A stretch of 64,000 nt of DNA, taken from positions 192,001 through 256,000 of the forward strand of contig CAVSGI010000027.1 in NCBI GenBank assembly GCA_963727445.1. The letters are read 5' to 3'. Positions 8,869-17,803 of the stretch are shown here, in pieces. The notes below the pieces were generated by a model, which was not told the DNA's origin, did not search any database, and worked only from the letters and a program-made list of their open reading frames with translations. Source of the DNA: an uncultured delta proteobacterium. Lineage in GTDB: Bacteria > Myxococcota_A > Polyangia > Polyangiales > B10-G4. A program made the position numbers and the translations under genes. Position 1 is the first letter of the stretch. Each line of letters opens with the position of its first letter.

Positions 8869-10056
8869 CTACGGACAGACGGCGGCCAGCGCCGCGGTGT
8901 CGCCGTGGCAGGTCTGACAGGCGCGCGCGTTCTGCCGCAGCAGACGCCCACACTGCGCGCGGAAGCCAGCCGGGTGGGGGCTGATGCCGGCGCCAATCCC
9001 CGATACGCCGTGACAGTCGACGCAGTCCTGCTCGGCGTGACAGCTGACGCAGGTGGTCATCGAGCGCCGCGCCTCGCGCCCGTGGAGATTGGGACCGCGC
9101 ACCCAGACCGCCTGGGGAGGATGGTAGCGGGATGGCGAGCTCACGTCGGGCGCCGAGACCGAGGACACGCCCAGCCGCGCGTGGCATTGCATGCAGAAGT
9201 TCTGCGTCGAGTGGCAGGAGACGCACTGCGGGTCGTCGCGTCGCGCCATCTGTGGATGGATGGTGAGGTAGTCGTTGGGATGGACGCGGCGCGCCGGACG
9301 GATCCGGCCGTCGTGGCAGTTGGTGCAGTCGCTCTCCTGATGACAGGCCGCGCACTTCTCGCCGTTGTCGGCCCCCACCCAGCGATGCCGCACCAGGAAG
9401 TCGTTGTCGTGGTTCATGTCGAAGAGCCACGCGGGGGGATCGAGCTCGCCCTCGGGGAAGCGCGTGCGCAGGCGGCCGTCGGGGAGCGTGATGTGACAGG
9501 TCGCGCAGGCGTCCGCCGCGCTCGGCGAAGGACCCCCGTGACAGCGATGACAGCTCCGCATCGTCGGCATGTGGCGCGCGCCCGGCACGTCGCGATCCCG
9601 GTCGACGCCCTCGTGACAATCGAGGCAGCGGATGCCCTCGCGCGCGTGCAGCCGATGGCTGAAGCGGAGGCGCGGCGAGGGGCGCTGCGGGATCCGCACG
9701 GCGCGCCCCCCGCTCTGTCCGGTGCCGGTGCCGTAGCCCTCGTGACAGAAGCCGCAGCGCTCCGGCGATGGATCGTCACGCGTGATGAGGTCCTGATGAC
9801 AGCCGGCGCACGAGGCCTCGGTGGGCACGAGCAGGTCGGTGCTCGCCTCGCTGTCGGTCGCACCCTCGTGACAGCGCTCGCAGCGAAGCCGCGCATGCGC
9901 CGGGTTCGCGTGGGCAGCGCGCACGAACCCTTCGCTCGGCGGATAGACGATGGTGGAGAGCGCGATCGGCTCGGCATCGGTGCCGGAAGCGCGCGCGCCG
10001 AAGAACGCTGCCAGGGCGAGCGCGGCGGCGAGGGCGAGCTGTGGTGTGCGTCTCAT
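8869..10056 (-). CDS. Periplasmic multiheme cytochrome c (13 CxxCH motifs)
   Basis: Signal peptide MRRTPQLALAAALALAAFFGARA; 13 CxxCH motifs counted; ATGA overlap with the upstream gene stop. Confidence 0.9.
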   Translation of the reverse strand: MRRTPQLALAAALALAAFFGARASGTDAEPIALSTIVYPPSEGFVRAAHANPAHARLRCERCHEGATDSEASTDLLVPTEASCAGCHQDLITRDDPSPERCGFCHEGYGTGTGQSGGRAVRIPQRPSPRLRFSHRLHAREGIRCLDCHEGVDRDRDVPGARHMPTMRSCHRCHGGPSPSAADACATCHITLPDGRLRTRFPEGELDPPAWLFDMNHDNDFLVRHRWVGADNGEKCAACHQESDCTNCHDGRIRPARRVHPNDYLTIHPQMARRDDPQCVSCHSTQNFCMQCHARLGVSSVSAPDVSSPSRYHPPQAVWVRGPNLHGREARRSMTTCVSCHAEQDCVDCHGVSGIGAGISPHPAGFRAQCGRLLRQNARACQTCHGDTAALAAVCP

Positions 10057-11466
10057 CTCCATACGTCCACCGAAAGGTGAGCGACGAAGCGGAAGCGATG
10101 CCCCACCAGCTCGTTGTAGGAGTGCTGCAGGTCGAATCGCAACGTCGTCGGCTCGGAGAGGATGAAGAGCACACCCAGCGCGTCCGTCAGGCTCGTCCCG
10201 TTCAGACCCTGGCGAAGGGGATCGTCGAAGTGCCACATGCTGGCGCGCAAGTCGAAGCGAACCCACCACGCGAACGCGCGTGAGACGTCGAGGAGCGCCC
10301 CCGCGACCGGGCCCAGATTCCCGCCCCAGGTGAAGCCCCAAAGCCCGACGTCGAAACCGGCGACGCGAAAGAGCGAATGGCCTTCGAAGCCGATGTCGTT
10401 CTCGTCGCCGACATCCGAAATCGACGCGTGGCGCGCGCGGGCGCCCGCGCCGAGCTCGAAGTGCGGCGTGGGGGACCAGGTCGCGGACGCGAGCCCTTCG
10501 GTGATCGGCACCAGGTCGAAGTACATCCAGATCGAGCCGTAGTCGAAGCGCGGCACGTGGTGCTCGGCGCGCAGACGAAAACGCAGAGTCTCGACAGGGG
10601 TGACCGTCACCTCGGCCTCCGCGTCCCGGATGGTCTGACCGAGCAGGTCCCAGACGCCGCGCGCGGTCACGCTCACCTGCTCGAATCGGGCGCGACGTGA
10701 GCGAGACCGCCGCCGTGCGCGAGACGTCACCATTCGACTCGACGAAGTGGCGATAGCCCAGCCGAAGCGCGACCACGTCGGGATGGCCGACGTCGAGGAT
10801 CCCGCCGTAGGCCCAGGTGGTGGTCGCCGGAGCGATGTAGGGAGCGCTCCCGGTGGGGAGGCCGTCGCGCTGGCGTCGGACGATCCCCTGAGGCTCGAAC
10901 GTCCCCACGCCTGCGAGGCTCGTCTGACGCACCAACGAGCCGCCGTAAGCGCTCACGCCGAGCCAGGCGAAGGGAGCGACGTGCGCGCTCGCGCCGTCGA
11001 GACGAAACATCCCCGCCGGCCCCCAGGAGAGCTGGCGCCCGATGCGAAGCCGACTGCGCGCCGGCAGCCCACGCAACTCGACCCAGGCCTCGGGGGCGTC
11101 GACGGCCGTGTCGGTGGCGAGGGGCTGATAGGCACCGATCGCGCCCGAATCGGTGGCGCGAAAACAGAGATCGCGGTCCGTGAGGCAGGTCTGACCGAAG
11201 TCCTGGTCGAGTCGTAGCCGAAGCGAGCCGTTGATCCGCGGGGCGGGCGCTTCGCCTTCGTCCGCCTCACCCATCTGCCGGGACCAGGTGAGGGCCAGGG
11301 TCTGAAGCAGACGGCGGCGCGCCATGAACACCGCCGTGCCGGGCGAGCGCACCTCGTAGAGCTGAAAGGCGGTGTTGGAGTCGATGTGGTAGTCGTCCGC
11401 GCGCGCCACGGCGCGCGGGAGCAGCCCCGAAGCAAGGGCCGCGACGAGGACGAAGGCGCGCGCCAA
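10053..11466 (-). CDS. Putative outer-membrane beta-barrel protein (frameshift near 10685)
   Basis: Signal peptide ending ARA-DD; alternating beta-strand pattern; C-terminus RFRFVAHLSVDVWR. Two frames join at ...SLTSRP/EQVSVTARG. Confidence 0.7.
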
Positions 11467-11467
11467 C

Positions 11468-11935
11468 TCAGGCGTCGGAAGAGCGCGGCGTTCCGAACCG
11501 TTGGGCCAGCTCGTCGTCATAGCGGTCGGCGGCAGCGCCCACGGACTTGAAGGTGGCCATGACCTCGGAGCCATCCAGGTCGACCAGGCTGCGCTCGGCC
11601 ACGACGACCACCTCGTCGTCGACGAGGGCGAAAGCAGCCCCGCGAAGCTCCCCCGCGTTGCGGGACAAGAGCCATTGGTAGAGCTCGGTCCAGTCGCTGT
11701 CGTCTGGCAGCCGGACGACCGGAGCGACCACGCGGAGCGTCCCGTCGGGGTCGTCGCCGGCGGCACCGAGGACCGTCACGACGACGTTCGCCGAGCCGCG
11801 CCGGAGCGAGTACCGATGGAGGCCCTCCCCCTGGGAGCGAACCTTCGCGACGTCGACGCCGAGGCTCTCGATGGCTTTTTCGACCAGCTCGACGGCTCTG
11901 GTCAGGTTCGCTTGTGGGTCGGCGGAGGCGCTCAT
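11468..11935 (-). CDS. YbjN/CesT-like chaperone-fold protein
   Basis: LRRGSANVVV...LRVVAPVVRLP...LYQWLLSRN...GAAFAL...ADRYDDELAQRFG. Confidence 0.75.
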   Translation of the reverse strand: MSASADPQANLTRAVELVEKAIESLGVDVAKVRSQGEGLHRYSLRRGSANVVVTVLGAAGDDPDGTLRVVAPVVRLPDDSDWTELYQWLLSRNAGELRGAAFALVDDEVVVVAERSLVDLDGSEVMATFKSVGAAADRYDDELAQRFGTPRSSDA

Positions 11936-12060
11936 CGGGCCGCTAGACTCTTTTTTGAGGTGGCGCGTGTCAATGGGAGGTTTGGTGGCTCGCGGCCGAG
12001 CTACCCCGGCTCCGGACGCTGGGCGGTTGCCCGCGGGACGGGGACGACCTATCGATGAGC

Positions 12061-12437
12061 GGTCGGTGGCGCCGGGTGATCGCCGGTGGGCTCGTCCCAC
12101 GGGAGGAAAGTCCGAGCACCAAAGGACGGAATGCCAGGTAACGCCTGGTGGGGGTGACTCCGAGGAAAGTGCAACAGAAAGGAAACCGCCCCGCTGCTTC
12201 GGTCGCGGGGTAAGGGTGAAAAGGTGAGGTAAGAGCTCACCGGGTCGGCGGCAACGTCGGCCGCGGGCAAACCCCATTCGGTGCAAGACGAAGCAGAAAG
12301 CGCTCGAGAACGGTCCGTTCGATGCTTTCGGGTATGTCGCTGGAGGCGCGTGGCGACGCGCGCCCTAGATGAATGATCGCCAACCGAGTCCCCGAGGGGC
12401 CCGGTGAACAAAACTCGGCTTATGAGCGCCACCGACC
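12061..12437 (+). ncRNA. rnpB: RNase P RNA, bacterial type A
   Basis: GAGGAAAGTCCGAGCAC, GAAAGTGCAACAGAAA and ACAAAACTCGGCTTA; P1 helix formed by GGTCGGTGGCGC (12061) and GCGCCACCGACC (12426-12437). Confidence 0.97.
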
Positions 12438-12470
12438 ACCGGGCCCCCCAAAGGGGCCCGGTGCCTTTAA
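12437..12470 (+). terminator. Probable intrinsic terminator of rnpB
   Basis: CACCGGGCCCC-CCAAA-GGGGCCCGGTG hairpin followed by CCTTTAA. Confidence 0.6.
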
Positions 12471-12492
12471 GGCACTGGCCCTCAGCCACGCC

Positions 12493-12813
12493 GGCAGGAG
12501 CGGAGCGGCCCAAAGGCCGCGACCCAGCGCCGCAAGCGCCGAGCGCTTGATGGGGACGGTCTACACTTTTCAACTTTCGGCTGGGGGACCGCTTGATGGG
12601 GACGGTCTACACTTTTCAACTTTCGGCTGGGCCGCGCGAATGCGGATCGAACCCAGGCGTGCGTGGCGAAAGTTGAAAAGTGTAGACCGTCCCCGTTAGC
12701 CCCTGCGGATCGAACCCGGGCGTGCGTGGCGAAAGTTGAAAAGTGTAGACCGTCCCCGTTGGCCGGGCAGAAGCGGAGCGGCCGCGAGGCGGCGACCCGG
12801 CGCCGTGGGCGCC
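12493..12813. repeat. REP/BIME-like cluster: four 28-bp cores (two forward, two inverted) inside 48-bp degenerate direct repeats
   Basis: GGGGACGGTCTACACTTTTCAACTTTCG at 12552-12579 and 12598-12625; exact reverse complement at 12667-12694 and 12730-12757. Flanks 12493-12540 and 12766-12813 match at 39/48. Confidence 0.9.
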
Positions 12814-13131
12814 AAGGGGGGGCCGAACGCTGCCCCCGGACCATCAGATCATTGCCAATGAGTATGGCGAGCCCATCTGTTCCACACCGGGCGGGCAGAG
12901 GCGAAGGGGGGGCTTGTACCCCGCCGGGGTGTGGGGAGCGAAGCGCGCATACCGCCCCCCGGCCACCGCCTCGCCAAGACCCACACGCTCAACCGCGCCG
13001 TGCGAATCGAGACGAGCTACCACCCCACCAGCCTCCACCTCGCCAAGACCCCCGCCATCACCCTGAGCAAGCGGAGCGAAGCGCTTCCCCCATTTTCTTG
13101 CCCGCCGATCCCCGCTGGGTAGGGTCGAGCC

Positions 13132-14343
13132 GTGAAGCTCTCCCTCCTCCTCGCGACGCTCCTCTGGATGGTCGGCTGCGCCGACGAGGCCCCGAGCTCC
13201 GCCGACGCCACCGCTCGAGCGCCCGAAGTCGTCATCCCACCCGAAGGTGCCCCAGCCCCGGTCGCCCGCGACCCGGAAGACGAAGACGTCGCGCCGAGCC
13301 TCGCGCTCGCCGCCGGTCAGGAGATCCGCATTCCCGCCGGAACACTCGTCGCGGGAAGCATGCCCGGCTCCGAGGACCGTGACCCCAGCCGCGAGGCCGA
13401 CCTCGTCCCCGTCACCCTCGCCGGCTATCGCATCGACCGACTCCCCTACCCCAACGACCCGTCCCTCGCGCCCCTGACGGGCGTGAGCCGTGCCGAAGCG
13501 GCCGAGCTCTGCAGCGCGGAAGGCAAGCGCCTCTGCTCGGAGCTGGAGTGGGAGCGCGCCTGCAAGGGGGATCGCGATCGACGCTTCCCCACCGGCCCGT
13601 CCCTCGACCTCGACGCTTGCGCATCGGACCCCACCGCGTGTGCATCGCCCTTCGGCGTCCTCGCCATGGGCGTCGCTGGTTTCGAGTGGACCGCGAGCCC
13701 CGTCACCTCGGGCCTCGGCAGCGAGCGCTACTCCGCCGTCGTTCGCGGCGCGCGCGCCGACGACCCGCTCACCGAGCGCCGCTGCGCCGCGCGCCACGCC
13801 CTCGACCCCACCGAGCCGGAAGCCGGCTTCCGATGCTGTCGCGGCGCCCCCACCGACGCGGCCGTCTATCCCGTCGAGGACCGGCGTCACCCCTTCGTCG
13901 ATCGCGCCGTCCCCGAAGACGAGCTGCGGCGCATCCTCGCGTCGCTCCCGGAGCTCGCGCGCTTCGCGCCGCGCTTCTCCCTCTTCGATGCCGAAGCCGT
14001 GGACGACGCCCTCGAGCGGGGCGGAGCCAGCCGCGAGAGCGTGCCGTGGACGCTGGTCGAGGGCGTCCTCGTCTGGAGCCCGGAGCAGGGAGAAGAGGCG
14101 TGGGTCTTCGCTGGCGGCGATGGCGAGTCCACCGTGCTCGCCGTGATCCACCCTCTGCCCGACGGCTCCTTCGTTCACGGCTCGAGCTTCGTCATCGCCG
14201 GGGAGGAGGCGCCGCCGATCGCTCTCGGCTGGGATTACGGACAGCGACGCCAGGTCCTGTGGGCCGCGTCCTGGGGCGAGACCGGCGAGAGCGGCGTGGT
14301 CGAGCACCGCGACGATCACCGCATCGTGATCGTCCAGCGCTAG
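13132..14343 (+). CDS. Lipoprotein with FGE-sulfatase/SUMF1-like domain
   Basis: Lipobox MVGC; GKRLCSELEWERACKG, SPFGVLAMG and GFRCC. Confidence 0.8.
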   Translation: MKLSLLLATLLWMVGCADEAPSSADATARAPEVVIPPEGAPAPVARDPEDEDVAPSLALAAGQEIRIPAGTLVAGSMPGSEDRDPSREADLVPVTLAGYRIDRLPYPNDPSLAPLTGVSRAEAAELCSAEGKRLCSELEWERACKGDRDRRFPTGPSLDLDACASDPTACASPFGVLAMGVAGFEWTASPVTSGLGSERYSAVVRGARADDPLTERRCAARHALDPTEPEAGFRCCRGAPTDAAVYPVEDRRHPFVDRAVPEDELRRILASLPELARFAPRFSLFDAEAVDDALERGGASRESVPWTLVEGVLVWSPEQGEEAWVFAGGDGESTVLAVIHPLPDGSFVHGSSFVIAGEEAPPIALGWDYGQRRQVLWAASWGETGESGVVEHRDDHRIVIVQR

Positions 14344-14421
14344 TGCCTGGTCCAATGACGTGGAAGGGGAGATGCCGACGATCGAGCGAGAACCCTTCTA
14401 CGTCATTGGACCATGCACTAG
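14340..14421. mobile_element. Putative MITE / miniature IS remnant bounded by CTAG
   Basis: 29-bp inverted repeats at 14340-14368 and 14393-14421 (27/29 match), each ending in CTAG, around a 24-bp core. Confidence 0.7.
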
Positions 14422-14444
14422 CCAGATCGAGTATCGTGTCGACA

Positions 14445-15221
14445 ATGCGCTACCTGCGGATCCGTCACGGCGGCATCGATTACTGGGCGAGCGTCGTCGA
14501 CGAGGCGACCGGACGGCTCTACACGGCCGCGCCCTACGCCGGCGGCGCAGAGACCGACCGCCTGGTCCCCCTCAAGCCCGCCTCGCTCCTGCCGCCGGTG
14601 ACGCCGACGAAGATCCTCTGCGTCGGACGGAACTACCGCGCCCACGCCGCGGAGCTGGGCAACGAGGTCCCCAAAGAGCCCCTGCTCTTCTTCAAGCCGC
14701 CCAGCGCGCTGCTCCCTCCCGGAGGGACCGTGGAGCTCCCGAGCGCGAGCGAGCGCGTGGAGCACGAAGCGGAGCTCGGCGTGGTGATCGGCAAGCGCCT
14801 CAGGGATGCGAGCGAAGACGAAGCCCGCGCCGGCATCTTCGCCCTGACCTGCGTCAACGACGTGACGGCGCGCGACCTCCAGAAGAAGGACGTGCAGTTC
14901 ACCCGCGGCAAGGGCTTCGACACCTTCTGCCCCGTCGGCCCCACGCTCACGGTCGGGCTCGACCCCGACGACCTCGCCATCTCGCTGTCGGTCGATGGGG
15001 AGCGCCGTCAGGAGGGACGCACCTCCCAGATGGTCTTCAGCGTCCCGACCCTCCTCGCCTATGCCTCCGCCATCATGACCCTCGAGCCCGGGGACCTGAT
15101 CTGCACGGGCACACCCCAGGGCGTGGGGCCGCTGGCGCCCGGCAACGAAGTCCAAATCGAGATCGAGGGCCTCGAGCCGCTTCGGCACGGGGTTCAGGCT
15201 CGCGCGGCGTCAGGATCCTGA
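14445..15221 (+). CDS. Fumarylacetoacetate hydrolase family protein
   Basis: KILCVGRNYRAHAAE, HEAELGVVIG, NDVTARDLQ, KGFDTFCPVGP, DLICTGTP. Confidence 0.92.
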   Translation: MRYLRIRHGGIDYWASVVDEATGRLYTAAPYAGGAETDRLVPLKPASLLPPVTPTKILCVGRNYRAHAAELGNEVPKEPLLFFKPPSALLPPGGTVELPSASERVEHEAELGVVIGKRLRDASEDEARAGIFALTCVNDVTARDLQKKDVQFTRGKGFDTFCPVGPTLTVGLDPDDLAISLSVDGERRQEGRTSQMVFSVPTLLAYASAIMTLEPGDLICTGTPQGVGPLAPGNEVQIEIEGLEPLRHGVQARAASGS

Positions 15222-15350
15222 CGACCTCGTGCGCGCTGGGTCGGCGCCACGTCGAGACGGGCAACAATTCCGAAAGATCCCGCCTTGTTCGGGGGCAAAC
15301 CGCGTGGCATGGAAGTTGTTCTCGTCGGCTCACGCCACCTCGGCCGCATC

Positions 15351-17411
15351 ATGACACCCACTTCCCCCCGCTTTGCCTTGCTCGCGACGCTCCTCCTCGT
15401 CGCGCAGGGTTGTTACCTCTCCCATGGCAGTGATGCCTCGCTGCCGGACGCGGGGGCAGACGGTGGCGAGGACGCGTCACCCGACGCCTCGCCCGACGGC
15501 AGCGCCGATGCGGACGCGGGGTTCGACGCCGTGCCCGACGCCCCCTTCGACGCAGAGCCCGACGTCGAGCCGCCCCTCGAGCCGCCCCCGGTCCCGGGCC
15601 GATGCCGCACCACCCCACCCACCGTGCCTTTCGAGGATCCGGTGATGGAGTATCGATGGCCGAACGGCCCGGTCGTCCACCGCGACAGCGTGCACGTGTG
15701 TTCCACGCCACTGGTGATCGACCTCGATCCCACGGACGAAGAACGGCTCAAGCCGCAGATCGTCTTCGTCTCCTATCCGCCGCTGACCCGCGACGTCACG
15801 GGCGGCTATCTCCGCATCGTCGACCCCCGCACGGACACCACCATCAGCTACCCCGCGATGGAGAGCGAGCACGGCGTGTTCGAGGGCACGGGGAACCTGG
15901 CCGCGGGAGACATCGACGGAGACGGCTACAACGAGATCGTCGGCAACGGTGTCATCTCGGGCACCTACGCGGTGAACCACGACGGAACCCTGCTTTGGGA
16001 ATCCCCATATCCCTCGGCGCGGGACCGCGGGCTCTTCCCCAACATCTCCATCGGTGGCGGGCCGGAGATCGCCGACCTCGAAGGTGACGGCAACGTCGAG
16101 GTGATCATCGGTCACAACGTTCTCGACGGCCTCACGGGTGAGATGCGGTGGGTCGGCCCCGACGATTCGGGCAAGGGGATCAACCAGTTCCTCGGGCCCC
16201 TCGGCTGTGTGGCGGATCTGGACGGCGACGGGATCCAGGAGGTGATCAGCGGCTTCACGGCTTTCCGCGCCAACGGCGACATCTACTGGAGCAACCCCGA
16301 CGCCTACGACGGACAGTGCGCCGTGGCCGATGCCGATCCGACGGTTCCGGGCCCGGAGGTGATCCTCGTGAGCCGCGGCCAGGTGCGCATGTTGAACGGC
16401 CACACCGGCGAGCAGATCTGGCGGCGCGCCCTCGAGGGCCGGAGCGGGCTCGCCATTGGCGGCTCGCCCACCGTCGGCGACTTCGATGGTGACGGCGACG
16501 TGGAGTTCGGCGTGGCCAACGGCGCGGCCTACGGCGTCTACGACCCGAGCTGTCTGTCCTCGCGCACGCCGGGCTGCCTCGACCAGGGTCTTCTGTGGAA
16601 CGACCCGGACACCTCCGACGGCTCTTCCTCGGGCACCGGCTCGAGCGTCTTCGACTTCAACGGCGATGGGGCGGCCGAGGTCGTCTACAACGACGAGTAC
16701 TTCTTCCGGGTCTACGACGGGGCGACCGGAACCGCCCTCTTCCGCCACCGCAACTCGTCGCGAACCCGCTCGGAGAACCCCACCATCGCCGACGTGGACG
16801 ACGATGGTGACGCCGAGATCATCTTCTCGGCCAACGCCGAGGCGCGCTTCCTCCGCACCGAGTACTGGACCGACCCGGGGGTCGAGGTCTGGGGCGATAG
16901 GCGCGGCCGCTGGGTGGGGGCCCGTCGCATCTGGAACCAGCACGCCTACCACATCACCAACGTCGAAGAGGATGGACACATCCCCGCCGGCGAGACCCCG
17001 TCCTGGACGGTGCTCAACGCCTACCGCCAGAACCTCCGCCAGGACGGCGATGTCCTCGCGACCCCGGACCTCTGGGGCGGCCGCGGCGAGTGGATGTGCA
17101 CGGGACGCGGCATGGCCGAGCTCACCTTCACGGTGCAGAACTGGGGCCTGGAGGTGGTGGGCGTCGGCGCTCGGGTGAGCCTCTACCGCGGCCACCCGGC
17201 GCGGGGCGGCACGCTGGTCGCCGAAGCGACGACCACGCGAACCCTCGAGGCCGAAGGCGGCAGCGAGGTCATCACCTTCGACGTGATGGTCTCCTCGGAG
17301 CCTCAGAACTGGTACGCCATCCTGGATCCGCCCGACGACTCGGGCAGCGGCGTCATCGCCGAGTGCCGCGAGGACAACAACGAGGTCCTCTTCTGGCAGG
17401 TCTCCTGCTGA
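15351..17411 (+). CDS. FG-GAP/VCBS repeat lipoprotein with C-terminal CARDB-like domain
   Basis: Lipobox AQGC; repeated DxDGDG motifs; WNQHAYHITNV; IAECREDNN. Confidence 0.85.
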   Translation: MTPTSPRFALLATLLLVAQGCYLSHGSDASLPDAGADGGEDASPDASPDGSADADAGFDAVPDAPFDAEPDVEPPLEPPPVPGRCRTTPPTVPFEDPVMEYRWPNGPVVHRDSVHVCSTPLVIDLDPTDEERLKPQIVFVSYPPLTRDVTGGYLRIVDPRTDTTISYPAMESEHGVFEGTGNLAAGDIDGDGYNEIVGNGVISGTYAVNHDGTLLWESPYPSARDRGLFPNISIGGGPEIADLEGDGNVEVIIGHNVLDGLTGEMRWVGPDDSGKGINQFLGPLGCVADLDGDGIQEVISGFTAFRANGDIYWSNPDAYDGQCAVADADPTVPGPEVILVSRGQVRMLNGHTGEQIWRRALEGRSGLAIGGSPTVGDFDGDGDVEFGVANGAAYGVYDPSCLSSRTPGCLDQGLLWNDPDTSDGSSSGTGSSVFDFNGDGAAEVVYNDEYFFRVYDGATGTALFRHRNSSRTRSENPTIADVDDDGDAEIIFSANAEARFLRTEYWTDPGVEVWGDRRGRWVGARRIWNQHAYHITNVEEDGHIPAGETPSWTVLNAYRQNLRQDGDVLATPDLWGGRGEWMCTGRGMAELTFTVQNWGLEVVGVGARVSLYRGHPARGGTLVAEATTTRTLEAEGGSEVITFDVMVSSEPQNWYAILDPPDDSGSGVIAECREDNNEVLFWQVSC

Positions 17412-17426
17412 AGTATCCTCCCGTCC

Positions 17427-17762
17427 ATGACCGACGTGGACGAAGAGACCGAAGAGACCGAAGAGAGCGAAGCGAGCGAGGAGAAGGAGAGCGCCAAAGA
17501 GGAGCTCTTCGAGGCCATCGATCACTTCAAGCGCGCGGCAGGGCTCTTCTTCGACAAGGCCTCGAAGGACCCCACCCTGAAGAACGCCACCGACGAGGCC
17601 GAGAAGGTGATCCAGAAGGTCGGTGACGCCGCCGAGCCCCTCGCCCGTCAGCTGGCCGGTGAGCTGTCCAAGATGACCAAGCGCATCTCGGACACGGTCC
17701 AGGAAAACGTGAGCAAGAAGAAGGGCTCACGGCCGCCGAAGGCCGAAGAGCCAGACGACTGA
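17427..17762 (+). CDS. Hypothetical helical protein
   Basis: 111-aa ORF with Lys/Glu-rich composition that fills the gap on the operon strand. Confidence 0.7.
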   Translation: MTDVDEETEETEESEASEEKESAKEELFEAIDHFKRAAGLFFDKASKDPTLKNATDEAEKVIQKVGDAAEPLARQLAGELSKMTKRISDTVQENVSKKKGSRPPKAEEPDD

Positions 17763-17803
17763 GAGCACATCGACGCGCGTGACGGCCGCGACGAGCGCGC
17801 CGC

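Noticed and set aside
8869..11766. Single 965-aa barrel-cytochrome fusion ORF
   Set aside because: The middle portion is out-of-frame Arg-rich text caused by the frameshift near 10685; the cytochrome has its own start and signal peptide.
12544..12760. CRISPR array
   Set aside because: The repeats switch orientation, spacing is irregular, inter-core sequence is itself duplicated, and there are no cas genes in the window.
11936..12844. ORFs over rnpB and the repeat cluster (including the 5' extension of ORF 11468..12286)
   Set aside because: They overlap the RNase P RNA or simply translate the DNA repeats.
15477..17525. Long antisense or alternate-frame ORFs (this one, and e.g. 27187..29397, 45174..47954, 49765..51597)
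   Set aside because: These are shadow ORFs expected at high GC; they overlap well-supported genes and have no motifs.
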